A stretch of DNA of 45,607 bases from Candidatus Fraserbacteria bacterium (lineage in GTDB: Bacteria; Bipolaricaulota; Bipolaricaulia; RBG-16-55-9): NCBI GenBank assembly GCA_037442925.1, contig JBBIPG010000012.1:1-45607 (forward strand), read 5' to 3'. The notes beneath the pieces are model-generated. The model was not told where the DNA came from. It ran no database searches and saw only the letters and a program-made list of their open reading frames with translations. This document shows, piece by piece, positions 35,757 to 45,607 of the stretch. Numbering within the stretch: the stretch's first letter is position 1; the number at the start of each line of letters is the position of its first letter. Both the position numbers and the translations under genes were made by a program.

Positions 35757-35776
35757 GCGTCCTGCCCAGCCGTTTT
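35745..35776 (+). terminator. candidate weak intrinsic terminator
   Basis: Perfect 7-bp hairpin CAGGACG-tctgag-CGTCCTG (35745-35764). A short T run (TTTT at 35773-35776) lies 8 nt downstream. Confidence 0.3.
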
Positions 35777-36087
35777 CATTAGGCGACCATGTCCTTGAGC
35801 CCTACAACTCGGCCTCGCTTATCCCGATCGAATTTCATCTGGATCTGTTGATACCGATGCTAATGAGACCCGCTGCTCTTGACTAAGGAGATGGAATGGT
35901 GGCTTGGCCCGCAAGAGATCACGATAATGCAGTTCACAAAGTACAACCTTTGCAACATCTCTTCAGAGATTTCTATGCGAATAGGCATATAATCTCTCCT
36001 TGGCGAACAAACCCCCTGTCCAGTATATTAGGTGCTTGATATCTTTGTGAATTGTTCCGCTAAGATCAAGCCATAGGGGGAGGATGA

Positions 36088-37530
<1,443 letters not shown>

Positions 37531-37533
37531 GCC

Positions 37534-38316
37534 ATGAAACCTCGCGCACTCGTTCTGGCAGGATACGGTCTGAACACAGACTATGAGTTGGCTCACGGCT
37601 TTGAGTTGGCAGGCGCTCATGCGGAGCGCGTTCATTTGAATGATCTCGTTCTACGCAGGGTCTCACTCAAGGATTTTCAGATTGCTGCTGTTCCCGGTGG
37701 GTTTGCCTTTGCAGATGACTTAGGAGCGGGCAAAGTCATGGCCGAGCGGATGCGTGCTCACCTCATGGAGGATCTCTTGGAGTTTATCCACGATGGCAAG
37801 CTGATCTTTTCAGCTTGTAATGGTTTTCAAGTCATGGTCAAGCTGGGTCTGTTGCCGGCTATTTCAAAGTATGGCGTGCAAGAGGCGACGCTGACTTGCA
37901 ATGACTCCGGGCGTTTTGAAGATCGTTGGGTCTACATGAAGGCTGAGAAGAACTCGAATTGCGTCTTCACACGAGGCATAGAGAGTCTATATCTTCCGGT
38001 GCGCCACGGAGAAGGGAAGTTCGTGCCCAAGGACGAGAGTGTGCTAAAGCATATGGAGGCCAACGGACAGGTCGCGTTGCGGTATGTAGACCAGCGCGGC
38101 TGTCCGGCGGGTTATCCTTGGAATCCCAACGGTTCTATTGGAAATATTGCAGGCATTTCTGACCCTACAGGGAGAATCTTTGGCTTGATGCCTCACCCTG
38201 AGGCGTACTTATACCGCTACCATCACCCGCGCTGGACGCGCGAGAAACTTCCGGAAGAGGGGCAGGGACTGAAGATTTTTAAGAACGCGGTGGAGTATGT
38301 GAAGAGAGAGTTGTAA
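37534..38316 (+). CDS. purQ: phosphoribosylformylglycinamidine synthase glutaminase subunit PurQ
   Basis: Class-I glutamine amidotransferase triad context (SACNGFQ...MPHPE). Starts 4 nt after proS. Confidence 0.85.
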   Translation: MKPRALVLAGYGLNTDYELAHGFELAGAHAERVHLNDLVLRRVSLKDFQIAAVPGGFAFADDLGAGKVMAERMRAHLMEDLLEFIHDGKLIFSACNGFQVMVKLGLLPAISKYGVQEATLTCNDSGRFEDRWVYMKAEKNSNCVFTRGIESLYLPVRHGEGKFVPKDESVLKHMEANGQVALRYVDQRGCPAGYPWNPNGSIGNIAGISDPTGRIFGLMPHPEAYLYRYHHPRWTREKLPEEGQGLKIFKNAVEYVKREL

Positions 38317-38425
38317 GGTCATCCTGCATAGCAGGTGTAGCGTCTGTGACGAGTGAACCACCAAGTTGATTTTTCGCTCTCATCAAAATTACAATGAATC
38401 GGCGCGGCTGAACCGCAGCTTCACT

Positions 38426-39502
38426 ATGACCACTTACAAGCAAGCGGGCGTTGATAGTGACCTCAAGGATCGCTGCTCGGAGATCTTCTATGAGGCGGCG
38501 ATCAAAACATTTGGCAACCGCAAAGGACGCTTTGGCGAGCCACAAATCGCAAAAGGCGGCTTCTCCGGCCCCGTCTACATTCCAGAACTCACAGACGCTT
38601 ATTTACTAAAGAACAGCGATGGCGTAGGCACGAAAGTCGAAGTCGCAGAGCTTATGGCTAAACACGATACAATCGCCTTCGATCTTCTAGCGATGGTCTG
38701 CGATGATGCAGCCGTTATGGGTGCAGAACCCTTCGCGCTCACGAACACGCTGAACGTGAGCAGACTAGATCTCCACACGATTGAGCAGCTGGCGGATGGC
38801 TTGATTCAGGCAGCGCAGAGAGCGCGAGTTGCTGTCGTGGGTGGAGAGATCGCTGTCTTGAGCGATGCCCTTCGCATAGAGCATCTCTGGGATGCCGATG
38901 TTGTCGCCATCTTAGAGCGCAAGAAAACTCTCAAGAAAGAGACAATCCAGCCGGGCGATAAGATCATTGGGCTTTGCGAGCATGGTTTCCGCAGCAACGG
39001 TTTTACGCTGATTCGCAAGATATTGCGAGAACAGTTCGGCCCAAACTGGGCTCATCAGCCCTACGATCACAAGCGTACCTGGGGCGAAGTCGTCTTGACC
39101 CCTTCTGTGATCTATACGCCGGTGTTAGTGGATGCTGTAGGTCCATACGGCCAAAATGGACAAGCCAAGATCAAAGGAGCTGCCCATATCACAGGCGGCG
39201 GGATTCCAGGGAATCTACCACGCTGCCTCCCTGAGGGCTTAGGTGCTTGCATTGATGTTGAGCCTTTGGAGCCCATGCTCAAACTGCAAGAGTTAGGTCA
39301 TGTAGAAGATCGCGAAGCCTATCGGGTCTGGAACATGGGCGTCGGCATGTTGATTGTGACGAATGACGAGAAGATATTTGAGATCGCTCAAGAACACGCT
39401 GTGGAAGCCATCGAAGCCGGAGAAGTGATCGATGAGCCGAAGATCGTCATCCGGAATCGCGGCTTCTTCCAGAAAGAGCGTGAGTTGGTCTATGAAATCT
39501 AA
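38426..39502 (+). CDS. purM: phosphoribosylformylglycinamidine cyclo-ligase (AIR synthetase) PurM
   Basis: MTTYKQAGVD..., SDGVGTKVEVA, HDTIAFDLLAM and GAEP motifs of PurM. Confidence 0.85.
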   Translation: MTTYKQAGVDSDLKDRCSEIFYEAAIKTFGNRKGRFGEPQIAKGGFSGPVYIPELTDAYLLKNSDGVGTKVEVAELMAKHDTIAFDLLAMVCDDAAVMGAEPFALTNTLNVSRLDLHTIEQLADGLIQAAQRARVAVVGGEIAVLSDALRIEHLWDADVVAILERKKTLKKETIQPGDKIIGLCEHGFRSNGFTLIRKILREQFGPNWAHQPYDHKRTWGEVVLTPSVIYTPVLVDAVGPYGQNGQAKIKGAAHITGGGIPGNLPRCLPEGLGACIDVEPLEPMLKLQELGHVEDREAYRVWNMGVGMLIVTNDEKIFEIAQEHAVEAIEAGEVIDEPKIVIRNRGFFQKERELVYEI

Positions 39503-40823
39503 TGTCTTAGCTACAGGGTATCTGCCGGAACTAGGAACACTCCATGCCGGAAAAGTGCGAGATAATCACGTGGTGGGCAAGAAGCGCGTGTTGGTCGCCA
39601 CGGATCGCATCTCTGCCTTCGATCGGGTTCTCAATGTGCTGATCCCGGAGAAGGGTGCCGTGCTCAACGCGATTGCGATGTGGTGGTTCCAGCAGACAGA
39701 AGAGATCGTACCCAACCACGTCATGGACTGGCCCGACCCCAATGTGCTGATCGCGCGTCAAGCGAAGGTCTTTCCCATTGAGATGGTGGTGCGCGGCTAT
39801 ATCACGGGTTCCGCGTGGGACGATCTACAGACGGGCAAGTTTGGAGAGAAGTACGGCTTCAAGATCACCGCCCAGAATGTTGTGGGGGGCAAACTCGTCC
39901 AGAACTGTAAGCTCAAGGAGCCCGTGATCACGCCAACCACGAAAGCGCACACGGGTCACGATCTGCCCCTGAGGCAAGACGGTGCGCGCGAGCTGATTGG
40001 GAAGATGTACAGCAGGCTCGCGGATAAAGCCATAGCTCTGTATGAGCACGGAGCAGAGCTGGCCGAAGAGCGAGGATTGATCCTAGTTGACACGAAATAC
40101 GAGTTCGGAGAAATCAACGGGGAGATTCTCTTGGTCGATGAAGTGCACACGCCTGACTCGTCCCGCTACTGGTTTGCGAAAGAGTATAAGCCGGGCAGAG
40201 AGATGGTAGAACTCTCAAAGCAATTCGTTCGCGATATCGTCAAGAAGACGGAGCTTACGGATCGAGATGTAGCGGAGACAAGCCGACGGTATATCGAGCT
40301 CTATGAGAGATTAACGGAGCGGAAGTGGCAAAGTCTCCAGGATGGCACACCCATTCAGCAGCGAGTGGTGAACAACTTAGTTCGCAAAGGCTACATTCAC
40401 GGTGGATTCGTGCAGATCCTCGCGGGCTCGCAAAAGGACGACTGGCACATCCATGCACTAACAGAAGAGTTGAAGACACACAAGATACCCCACACTCATC
40501 GGGTGGCTTCGGCCCATAAGCAAACTCGCGCGCTACTGGAGCTCATTGAGATTCTTAACCGTAGCATCGAGCCTGTCGTTGCCATCACCGTAGCAGGAGG
40601 GAGCGACGCGCTTTCTGGAGTCGTGGCCCATCATGCGAAGTTCCCCGTGATTGCCTGTCCACCCTACAAAGACGAATTGAGCTATTTCGTCAATGTGCAC
40701 TCGACGCTCCAGATGCCCAGTGACGTACCGGTACTCTTCTGCAAGCGTGCAGGGAATGCGGTGCTGGCAGCGGAACGGATTCTTGCAAACTGCAACCCGC
40801 TATTTGCAAACAGAATGGGGTAG
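39492..40823 (+). CDS. purCE: bifunctional SAICAR synthetase (PurC) / class-II AIR carboxylase (PurE), PAICS-like fusion
   Basis: N-terminal ~300 aa is PurC-like; within it the segment (VLVATDRISAFDRVL...VVRGYITGSAWDD) could not be confidently verified as PurC from sequence inspection alone and an alignment is needed. C-terminal ~150 aa is PurE-like (GSQKDDW...VASAHKQT...AGGSDALSGV...PVIACPP). The PVI(A/S)CPP and SxALxG segments resemble the eukaryotic PAICS AIRc domain more than class-I PurE (AGGAAHLPGM). The start overlaps the purM stop. Confidence 0.8.
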   Translation: MKSNVLATGYLPELGTLHAGKVRDNHVVGKKRVLVATDRISAFDRVLNVLIPEKGAVLNAIAMWWFQQTEEIVPNHVMDWPDPNVLIARQAKVFPIEMVVRGYITGSAWDDLQTGKFGEKYGFKITAQNVVGGKLVQNCKLKEPVITPTTKAHTGHDLPLRQDGARELIGKMYSRLADKAIALYEHGAELAEERGLILVDTKYEFGEINGEILLVDEVHTPDSSRYWFAKEYKPGREMVELSKQFVRDIVKKTELTDRDVAETSRRYIELYERLTERKWQSLQDGTPIQQRVVNNLVRKGYIHGGFVQILAGSQKDDWHIHALTEELKTHKIPHTHRVASAHKQTRALLELIEILNRSIEPVVAITVAGGSDALSGVVAHHAKFPVIACPPYKDELSYFVNVHSTLQMPSDVPVLFCKRAGNAVLAAERILANCNPLFANRMG

Positions 40824-40825
40824 AG

Positions 40826-42118
40826 ATGGCCAAAGTGCTCGTCATCGGAGGCGGAGGGCGCGAACATGCCATCGTGCGCGCACTGGCCGACGATGCGGAT
40901 GTAGATCACATCTATTGTGCTCCCGGCAATGGCGGCACAGCAGCCATGCCTAACGTGACGAATGTGCTATTAAAAGATAAACGAGATCTGGTGGCGCTTG
41001 CGCAACGTGAAGAGATTGATCTCACCGTCGTCGGACCCGAAGTGCCCTTGGTCGAGGGACTGGTGGACTTCTTCCGAGATCATGATCTTCGGATCTTTGG
41101 CTTCCGAAAAGCGGCCGCCCAGCTTGAAGGGAGCAAAGTCTACGCCAAGCGCTTCATGCAGAAGTATTCCATCCCCACCGCACCGTTTCGGGTTTTCGAA
41201 AGCTACCGACAGGCTGTGATGTATCTCGAAGAGAGTTTTCAGGAGAACCCGGATGCCGCCTTCTTTATCAAAGCCGACGAACTCTGCGGGGGCAAAGGGG
41301 CCATTCACGCGCCAGATCTGGAAACGGGTCAACGTGCTCTCCACGCATTCTTCAAGGAGAAGCGCTGCGGAGTGGGCAAACAGGTGGTGGTGGAAGAGCG
41401 CTTGTCCGGCCAGGAGGCTTCTGTCTTCGTCATTACGGACGGGAAAGCGGTGGCGACTCTACCCCCGGCTCAGGACCATAAGACCCTCTACGACGGTGAC
41501 CAAGGGCCCAATACCGGGGGCATGGGAGCCTATGCTCCTGCCCCACTGGTCAATGAAGCGATCTACGACCGCGTCGAGCAAGAGGTGATTTTGCCTACGC
41601 TCTTGGGCATGGAAGCAGAGAGGATCTCCGATTGCGGTGTTCTCTATTTGGGTTTGATGATCGATCCGAAGGGGAAGCCCTATGTGCTCGAATACAATGT
41701 CCGCTTCGGAGATCCCGAAGCCCAGCCGATTTTGACGCTTCTCAAGAGCGATCTCTACCCCCTGTTGTTCGCGTGCACCGAGGGAAAACTAGATCAAGCT
41801 GAGATCCAGTGGGAAGAGGGAGCGGCCGTGTGCGTGGTGCTCTCCGTTTCGGGTTACCCGGAAGTGTATGACCATCAGGATGAGGAGATTCACGGAATCC
41901 AAGAAGCCGAAGCACTCGAAGACGTCGTTGTCTATCATGCCGGGACGGAGTTGCGTGACGGGAAATTCTTTACCAAAGGCGGACGCATTTTGGGTGTAAC
42001 GGGCATCGGATGTAATGTGGCAGCGGCTCAGCTGCGAGCGTATCGAGCGGTCTCTACGATTTCGTTTACGGGCATGCATTATCGGACCGATATTGCCAAG
42101 AAGGCCCTCTCCCGATGA
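40826..42118 (+). CDS. purD: phosphoribosylamine--glycine ligase PurD
   Basis: MAKVLVIGGGGREHA N-terminus. ATP-grasp core. Confidence 0.9.
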   Translation: MAKVLVIGGGGREHAIVRALADDADVDHIYCAPGNGGTAAMPNVTNVLLKDKRDLVALAQREEIDLTVVGPEVPLVEGLVDFFRDHDLRIFGFRKAAAQLEGSKVYAKRFMQKYSIPTAPFRVFESYRQAVMYLEESFQENPDAAFFIKADELCGGKGAIHAPDLETGQRALHAFFKEKRCGVGKQVVVEERLSGQEASVFVITDGKAVATLPPAQDHKTLYDGDQGPNTGGMGAYAPAPLVNEAIYDRVEQEVILPTLLGMEAERISDCGVLYLGLMIDPKGKPYVLEYNVRFGDPEAQPILTLLKSDLYPLLFACTEGKLDQAEIQWEEGAAVCVVLSVSGYPEVYDHQDEEIHGIQEAEALEDVVVYHAGTELRDGKFFTKGGRILGVTGIGCNVAAAQLRAYRAVSTISFTGMHYRTDIAKKALSR

Positions 42119-42819
42119 AGCCCCTCTATCGGCCTGTGCCGGGACGACTCATGCGGGTAGTCGTTCTCTTCTCGGGTGGCGCAAGCGCCCTTAAATATCT
42201 GCTAGAAAACGATCCCGGGCTAAACGTGAACTATCAATGCGTGGGAGCACTCACGGATAACAAGAGCGCGGCGGGGATTGAGTTGGCTCGTCGTGCTGAG
42301 ATTCCCGTAGAGATCTTCGATTATCGCGATTTCATTAGAGAACGTCACGTGAAATACTCAGACTGGCAAGCGCGACACGAGTATTTCGCGCACGTTGTGG
42401 ACAAGCTCGCGACGTGGCAGCCGGATATCGTGATGCTTTCGGGCTTCATGTTGATCGTGCGGGAGCCTCTACTGAGTGCTTACAAGCATCGCATTCTGAA
42501 CGTCCATCCGGCAGATCTTACAATCGTGGACGAAAAAGGTCGGCGCAAATACACGGGCATGGATGCCGTAGCAGATGCGATTCAGGCAGGCGAGAGAGAG
42601 ACAAGATCGACCATTCATCTGGTCACAGAAGAGGTGGATGGTGGCCCCATCATCGTGCTCTCAGATCCGCTGGCTGTGGAGCCCGGCGTTGATTCCCATA
42701 CTCATCAAGAGAGGATGAAGTGGGCTTGTGATGGCCCGGCGTATCAGAAGGCATTAGAACTTCTGGCCAGCGGCCGGGTCTGGCTGGATGAGCAGACGGG
42801 GCGCGTCGAGATCTGCTAG
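42115..42819 (+). CDS. purN: phosphoribosylglycinamide formyltransferase PurN
   Basis: VVLFSGGASALKYLL and NVHPADL formyltransferase motifs. ATGA overlap with purD. Confidence 0.8.
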   Translation: MKPLYRPVPGRLMRVVVLFSGGASALKYLLENDPGLNVNYQCVGALTDNKSAAGIELARRAEIPVEIFDYRDFIRERHVKYSDWQARHEYFAHVVDKLATWQPDIVMLSGFMLIVREPLLSAYKHRILNVHPADLTIVDEKGRRKYTGMDAVADAIQAGERETRSTIHLVTEEVDGGPIIVLSDPLAVEPGVDSHTHQERMKWACDGPAYQKALELLASGRVWLDEQTGRVEIC

Positions 42820-42826
42820 AGGGCGT

Positions 42827-43204
42827 TTAGTCATCTTCAAAAACCAGAACTTCTTTTTGCTTACGGACAAAATCTGTAAACTTGCCTCTGTATGTCGTGG
42901 CGCGGATGGGTTTGTCGTCAATATAGTGATACTCTTCCCCTAATCTCAGCCTTGGCTTATTAAAGATGATCTGATGATGTTTCACGCCATGTCGCCTGAG
43001 CCACGCTTCTGTGACAGCGCGATGATCATCGGTGCGTGCCGTGAAGAAACAGATATAATGCCCATGATCGTACCAGCTATTGATTTTGGCAATTGCTTCT
43101 ATAAGGGGCTGGGCTGTCTCCATCTTCTCTGGGTGCTCATTGTCCACATGTTCACAGACAACCCCATCGATGTCAATCATCATGATCTTGCGTTTGTGGC
43201 TCAT
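42827..43204 (-). CDS. small HAD-superfamily phosphatase-like protein (5'(3')-nucleotidase / PNK-phosphatase-like)
   Basis: HAD motif I MIDIDGVV, motif II FFTARTD, a conserved Lys (NKPR) and motif IV YIDDKP. Visibly more AT-rich than its neighbours. Confidence 0.6.
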   Translation of the reverse strand: MSHKRKIMMIDIDGVVCEHVDNEHPEKMETAQPLIEAIAKINSWYDHGHYICFFTARTDDHRAVTEAWLRRHGVKHHQIIFNKPRLRLGEEYHYIDDKPIRATTYRGKFTDFVRKQKEVLVFEDD

Positions 43205-43332
43205 ACTTACTCTTTCTGGTTCTGTAGGAACTCACGGACAATGTAACACATGATCCACGCGAACTCAAAGGGGCTGTGATTCCCTAAGGGGCATGCATGG
43301 CCCAAAGGATGCGAATTCTCTTGCGCAGTCGC

Positions 43333-43360
43333 TTGACTTTTCCTCAAGAGATGCTACAAT
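43333..43360 (+). promoter_or_regulatory. strong candidate sigma70 promoter (TTGACT - 16 nt - TGcTACAAT)
   Basis: Near-consensus -35, an extended -10 and an SD GGTGGGGA, directly upstream of the ATG at 43376. Confidence 0.5.
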
Positions 43361-43375
43361 TCAGCAGGTGGGGAC

Positions 43376-43708
43376 ATGGTTGTGAAGAAGATATCCAGCA
43401 CCTATACGATCAAACGGAAGTATCAAGGGCAGCCCATCTGCTTGGATCCTACAACCCATCCGAAGGAGAACGAGACGGGAATTCACTTCACCGGCGGAGA
43501 CCGTCACGCCTGGGTGAGCAGCTATGAGCCCGCCGTCGTTGAGGGTCTGCTACAACACAGGCACTTCCGGGTCGAGCAGCTCATTACGATGCAGATCGAT
43601 GGCAGTGAATGTGTAGTCGGTGTTGTCGGGCGCGTTCCCATCGGAGCGCTTCGCATCGGGCAGCCTCGGGACACCGATCGGCACGAATTCATCGTCAGCC
43701 GTCGTTAG
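43376..43708 (+). CDS. hypothetical protein (110 aa)
   Basis: ORF with a strong upstream promoter and SD. No family recognised. It converges on the antiporter gene with a 4-nt overlap. Confidence 0.45.
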   Translation: MVVKKISSTYTIKRKYQGQPICLDPTTHPKENETGIHFTGGDRHAWVSSYEPAVVEGLLQHRHFRVEQLITMQIDGSECVVGVVGRVPIGALRIGQPRDTDRHEFIVSRR

Positions 43709-45607
43709 GAGAGCTCTTTCGAGGGTTGATTCATCTCGATAAACGCAATGAGCTGACGGGGCGAGCCGATAACCATCACACGATCGCCGGTTTCCAAGAC
43801 CGTATCCGCGGAGGGATTGGGCGTGATTTCCCCATTCTTGCGGCGTACTTGAATCACGGAGACTCCCGTCCGCTCACGCAGCTGGCAGCTGGCTAGGCTG
43901 CATCCTGCCAGTGCGCTCCCTTCAGGAATCTCTACTTCCTGGATCTTCTGAAGGCGATGAGAAGGGTCTTCTCGCTGGAGCCATTGCTGCAGTAGTGTGC
44001 TATAGCGCTGCTGGCGCAGTTGGTGTAGATACGATTCCATGTCCAGAGCCGGGAGTCCCGCGTGCGTCAGCGCATGGCGGATCATCTCGATGGAGCCCTC
44101 GAACTCGGGCTGAATCACTTCGGTCACACCCTCGCGGAAGAGCTCCTCGCGTTCCTCATCCCAGTGGGCGCGCACGATGATCGGAAGATTCGGGTTCAGG
44201 CGCCTCAAGTTTCGAAACGCCTGCCGGGCATGAAACGCATGGGGCAACGAGATCATGGCAAAGGCTGCCGCTTCGGGATGCGCGGCGCGGCAGACCCGTT
44301 CGTTCGCGGCATCGCCATAGATGGCCGCGATACGGCGATCCCTGAGCTGCGCGAGAATCTGCCGATCCGCTTCGATGACGACTTGGGAAATCCCGAACTT
44401 CTCCAGGGCCTCTCCCACTGCTCGCCCCATTCGCCCGTAGCCGCACAGGATCACGTGTCTCTGGAAGGGCGTCTGTGATGTTTCTGCCAGGGCGATTCCT
44501 TCGGGTGCCGGTTCTAGGCTGGGGAATCGCGCGACAAGCGACCTCCACCACGGATGTGCCATGCGGAAGAGAAACGTACTGGCAAAGATCGAAAGGAGTG
44601 CCGTGGCCAGAAGCACATTGTAGTTGGCGGGCGAAATCGCACCGATGTCAGCGCCCAAGCGAGCGAGCACAAACGAAAACTCCCCGATCTGGGTGAAGCC
44701 CAAGCTCACAAGAAAGGCCACCCGCAAGGGATAGCGAAAGAGATAGACGATCAGACCGCGAATCAGTCCTTTGGCTGCAATAACCAAGACCACCAGCAGC
44801 GCATGAAAAGGCAGATTCGCAAGGATGAGAGCGGGATCGATGAGCATGCCCAACGAGACGAAGAAGAGCGCTACGAAGAGGTCTCGAAGTGGCAGAATAC
44901 GAGCCAATGTCTCGTGGACGAAGTCAGACTCACCGATGATCAGGCCGGCAAGAAATGCTCCCATGGCTGGGGAGAGACCCAGTTGGGCTGTGGCTACGGC
45001 TGTTCCGAGCCCAAGAACTAGCGTCACGAGAATGAATAACTCGAAGTTGCGTGTGCGGGCGATTCGATCGAGGAGCGAAGGGACAACGCGCGTGGCAAGC
45101 AGGACGACTGGCGTAAGAATGGCCAATCCCTTAAGAAGCGCCAAGGCTACACGAAGTACATCTACCTGTTGTAGCTGGTGAAGCGCGGGAAGCAGAATAA
45201 GCAGGACCACCACGGCGAGATCCTCTACGAGTAGAGTCCCGATCATGAGCCGACCGTGTTCGGAATTGAGCTCTTCCCGTTCCATGAGCAGCTTGGCGAT
45301 CACCATGGTGCTGCTTACGGAGATGGCAGCAGCCAGAAAGAGCGTCTGAACGAGAGAGAGTCCAAAGAAGTTACCCAAGGGCAAGAAGAGTACTATCATG
45401 GCCAACATCCCCACAAGCCCTCCCCCGAGGGCTACAGTGCGCACGCGCAGGAGTTCTTTGAGTGAGAACTCCAAGCCCACAGTGAACATGAGCAGCACGA
45501 CTCCGATCTCCGCGAGCTGCTCAATGGCGCGGGGTTCCGCGACCTGTGGGCCAGGGGTGAAGGGGCCGATCAGCGCCCCACCGACAATGTAACCGAGAAA
45601 GAGCGGC
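43705..45607 (-). CDS. kefB: CPA2-family monovalent cation:proton antiporter (Kef-type) with C-terminal RCK (TrkA-N/TrkA-C) domains; N-terminus beyond the window
   Basis: TM core with LLMFTVGLEFSL. C-terminal Rossmann fold (VILCGYGRMGRAVGEAL) and a TrkA-C domain. The reading frame stays open past 45498 to the window edge (...GYIVGGALIGPFTPG...), so the listed GTG at 45498 is internal. Confidence 0.85.
   Translation of the reverse strand, partial: PLFLGYIVGGALIGPFTPGPQVAEPRAIEQLAEIGVVLLMFTVGLEFSLKELLRVRTVALGGGLVGMLAMIVLFLPLGNFFGLSLVQTLFLAAAISVSSTMVIAKLLMEREELNSEHGRLMIGTLLVEDLAVVVLLILLPALHQLQQVDVLRVALALLKGLAILTPVVLLATRVVPSLLDRIARTRNFELFILVTLVLGLGTAVATAQLGLSPAMGAFLAGLIIGESDFVHETLARILPLRDLFVALFFVSLGMLIDPALILANLPFHALLVVLVIAAKGLIRGLIVYLFRYPLRVAFLVSLGFTQIGEFSFVLARLGADIGAISPANYNVLLATALLSIFASTFLFRMAHPWWRSLVARFPSLEPAPEGIALAETSQTPFQRHVILCGYGRMGRAVGEALEKFGISQVVIEADRQILAQLRDRRIAAIYGDAANERVCRAAHPEAAAFAMISLPHAFHARQAFRNLRRLNPNLPIIVRAHWDEEREELFREGVTEVIQPEFEGSIEMIRHALTHAGLPALDMESYLHQLRQQRYSTLLQQWLQREDPSHRLQKIQEVEIPEGSALAGCSLASCQLRERTGVSVIQVRRKNGEITPNPSADTVLETGDRVMVIGSPRQLIAFIEMNQPSKELS

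Noticed and set aside
36025-36066. sigma70-like promoter for proS (TTGATA - 17 nt - GCTAAG / TAAGAT)
   Set aside because: The -10 match is poor and the spacing is ambiguous. It is mentioned only within the proS-island finding, not as a feature.
35757-36087. Possible T-box riboswitch upstream of proS (leader length about 300 nt; the weak GGTGGCTTGGCCCGC resembles the T-box core)
   Set aside because: There is no convincing AGGGUGGNACCGCG T-box consensus. There is no GC-rich terminator/antiterminator pair followed by a U-run. The hairpin nearest the RBS is AT-rich with no T tract. Only a covariance-model scan could rescue this.

Overview
This is a densely coding 45.6 kb stretch of a bacterial chromosome, moderately GC-rich with a few lower-GC patches (no computation run). 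Ribosome-binding sites are G-rich (GGAGG, or runs of 7-9 G). It also carries an archaeal-type ProRS, a class-II PurE and an ATP-dependent ligase. Together these point to a Terrabacteria or Chloroflexota-like organism, but that is inference only.

I found no rRNA, tRNA, CRISPR array, transposase or integrase.

Gene content, left to right:
- a GlcD-like FAD oxidase and an archaeal-type ATP-dependent DNA ligase, divergently transcribed
- a secreted TPR-like protein
- a di-heme cytochrome c and a lipoprotein
- a Tat-secreted amidase
- an MBL-fold hydrolase followed by an S1 RNA-binding protein
- a Zn-dependent alcohol dehydrogenase
- a threonine aldolase, RidA and micro-ORF operon
- an eIF-2B-like and CinA-like translationally coupled pair
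- a MacB/FtsX-type ABC pair coupled to a PQQ-dependent sugar dehydrogenase lipoprotein
- an nfeD, flotillin and unknown-protein operon
- a potABCD-like ABC importer, divergent from an aminotransferase, saccharopine-dehydrogenase-like and two aldehyde dehydrogenase (ALDH) operon; this is a putative amine or polyamine catabolic locus with a long structured 5' leader
- a DUF4097 (YvlB/LiaF-like) envelope-stress-like operon
- a purine cluster with unusual fusions, interrupted by proS and a lower-GC island
- a lower-GC HAD-like phosphatase gene
- a CPA2 K+/H+ antiporter that runs off the window end

In the purine cluster, PurS-PurS-PurL and a PAICS-like PurC-PurE (class II) are fused; purQ, purM, purD and purN are separate.

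I see no obvious defence or mobile system. The most interesting signals are the fused pur enzymes, the amine-catabolism locus with its structured leader, the flotillin-operon third gene, and the small ORFs and regulatory repeats around the DUF4097 locus.
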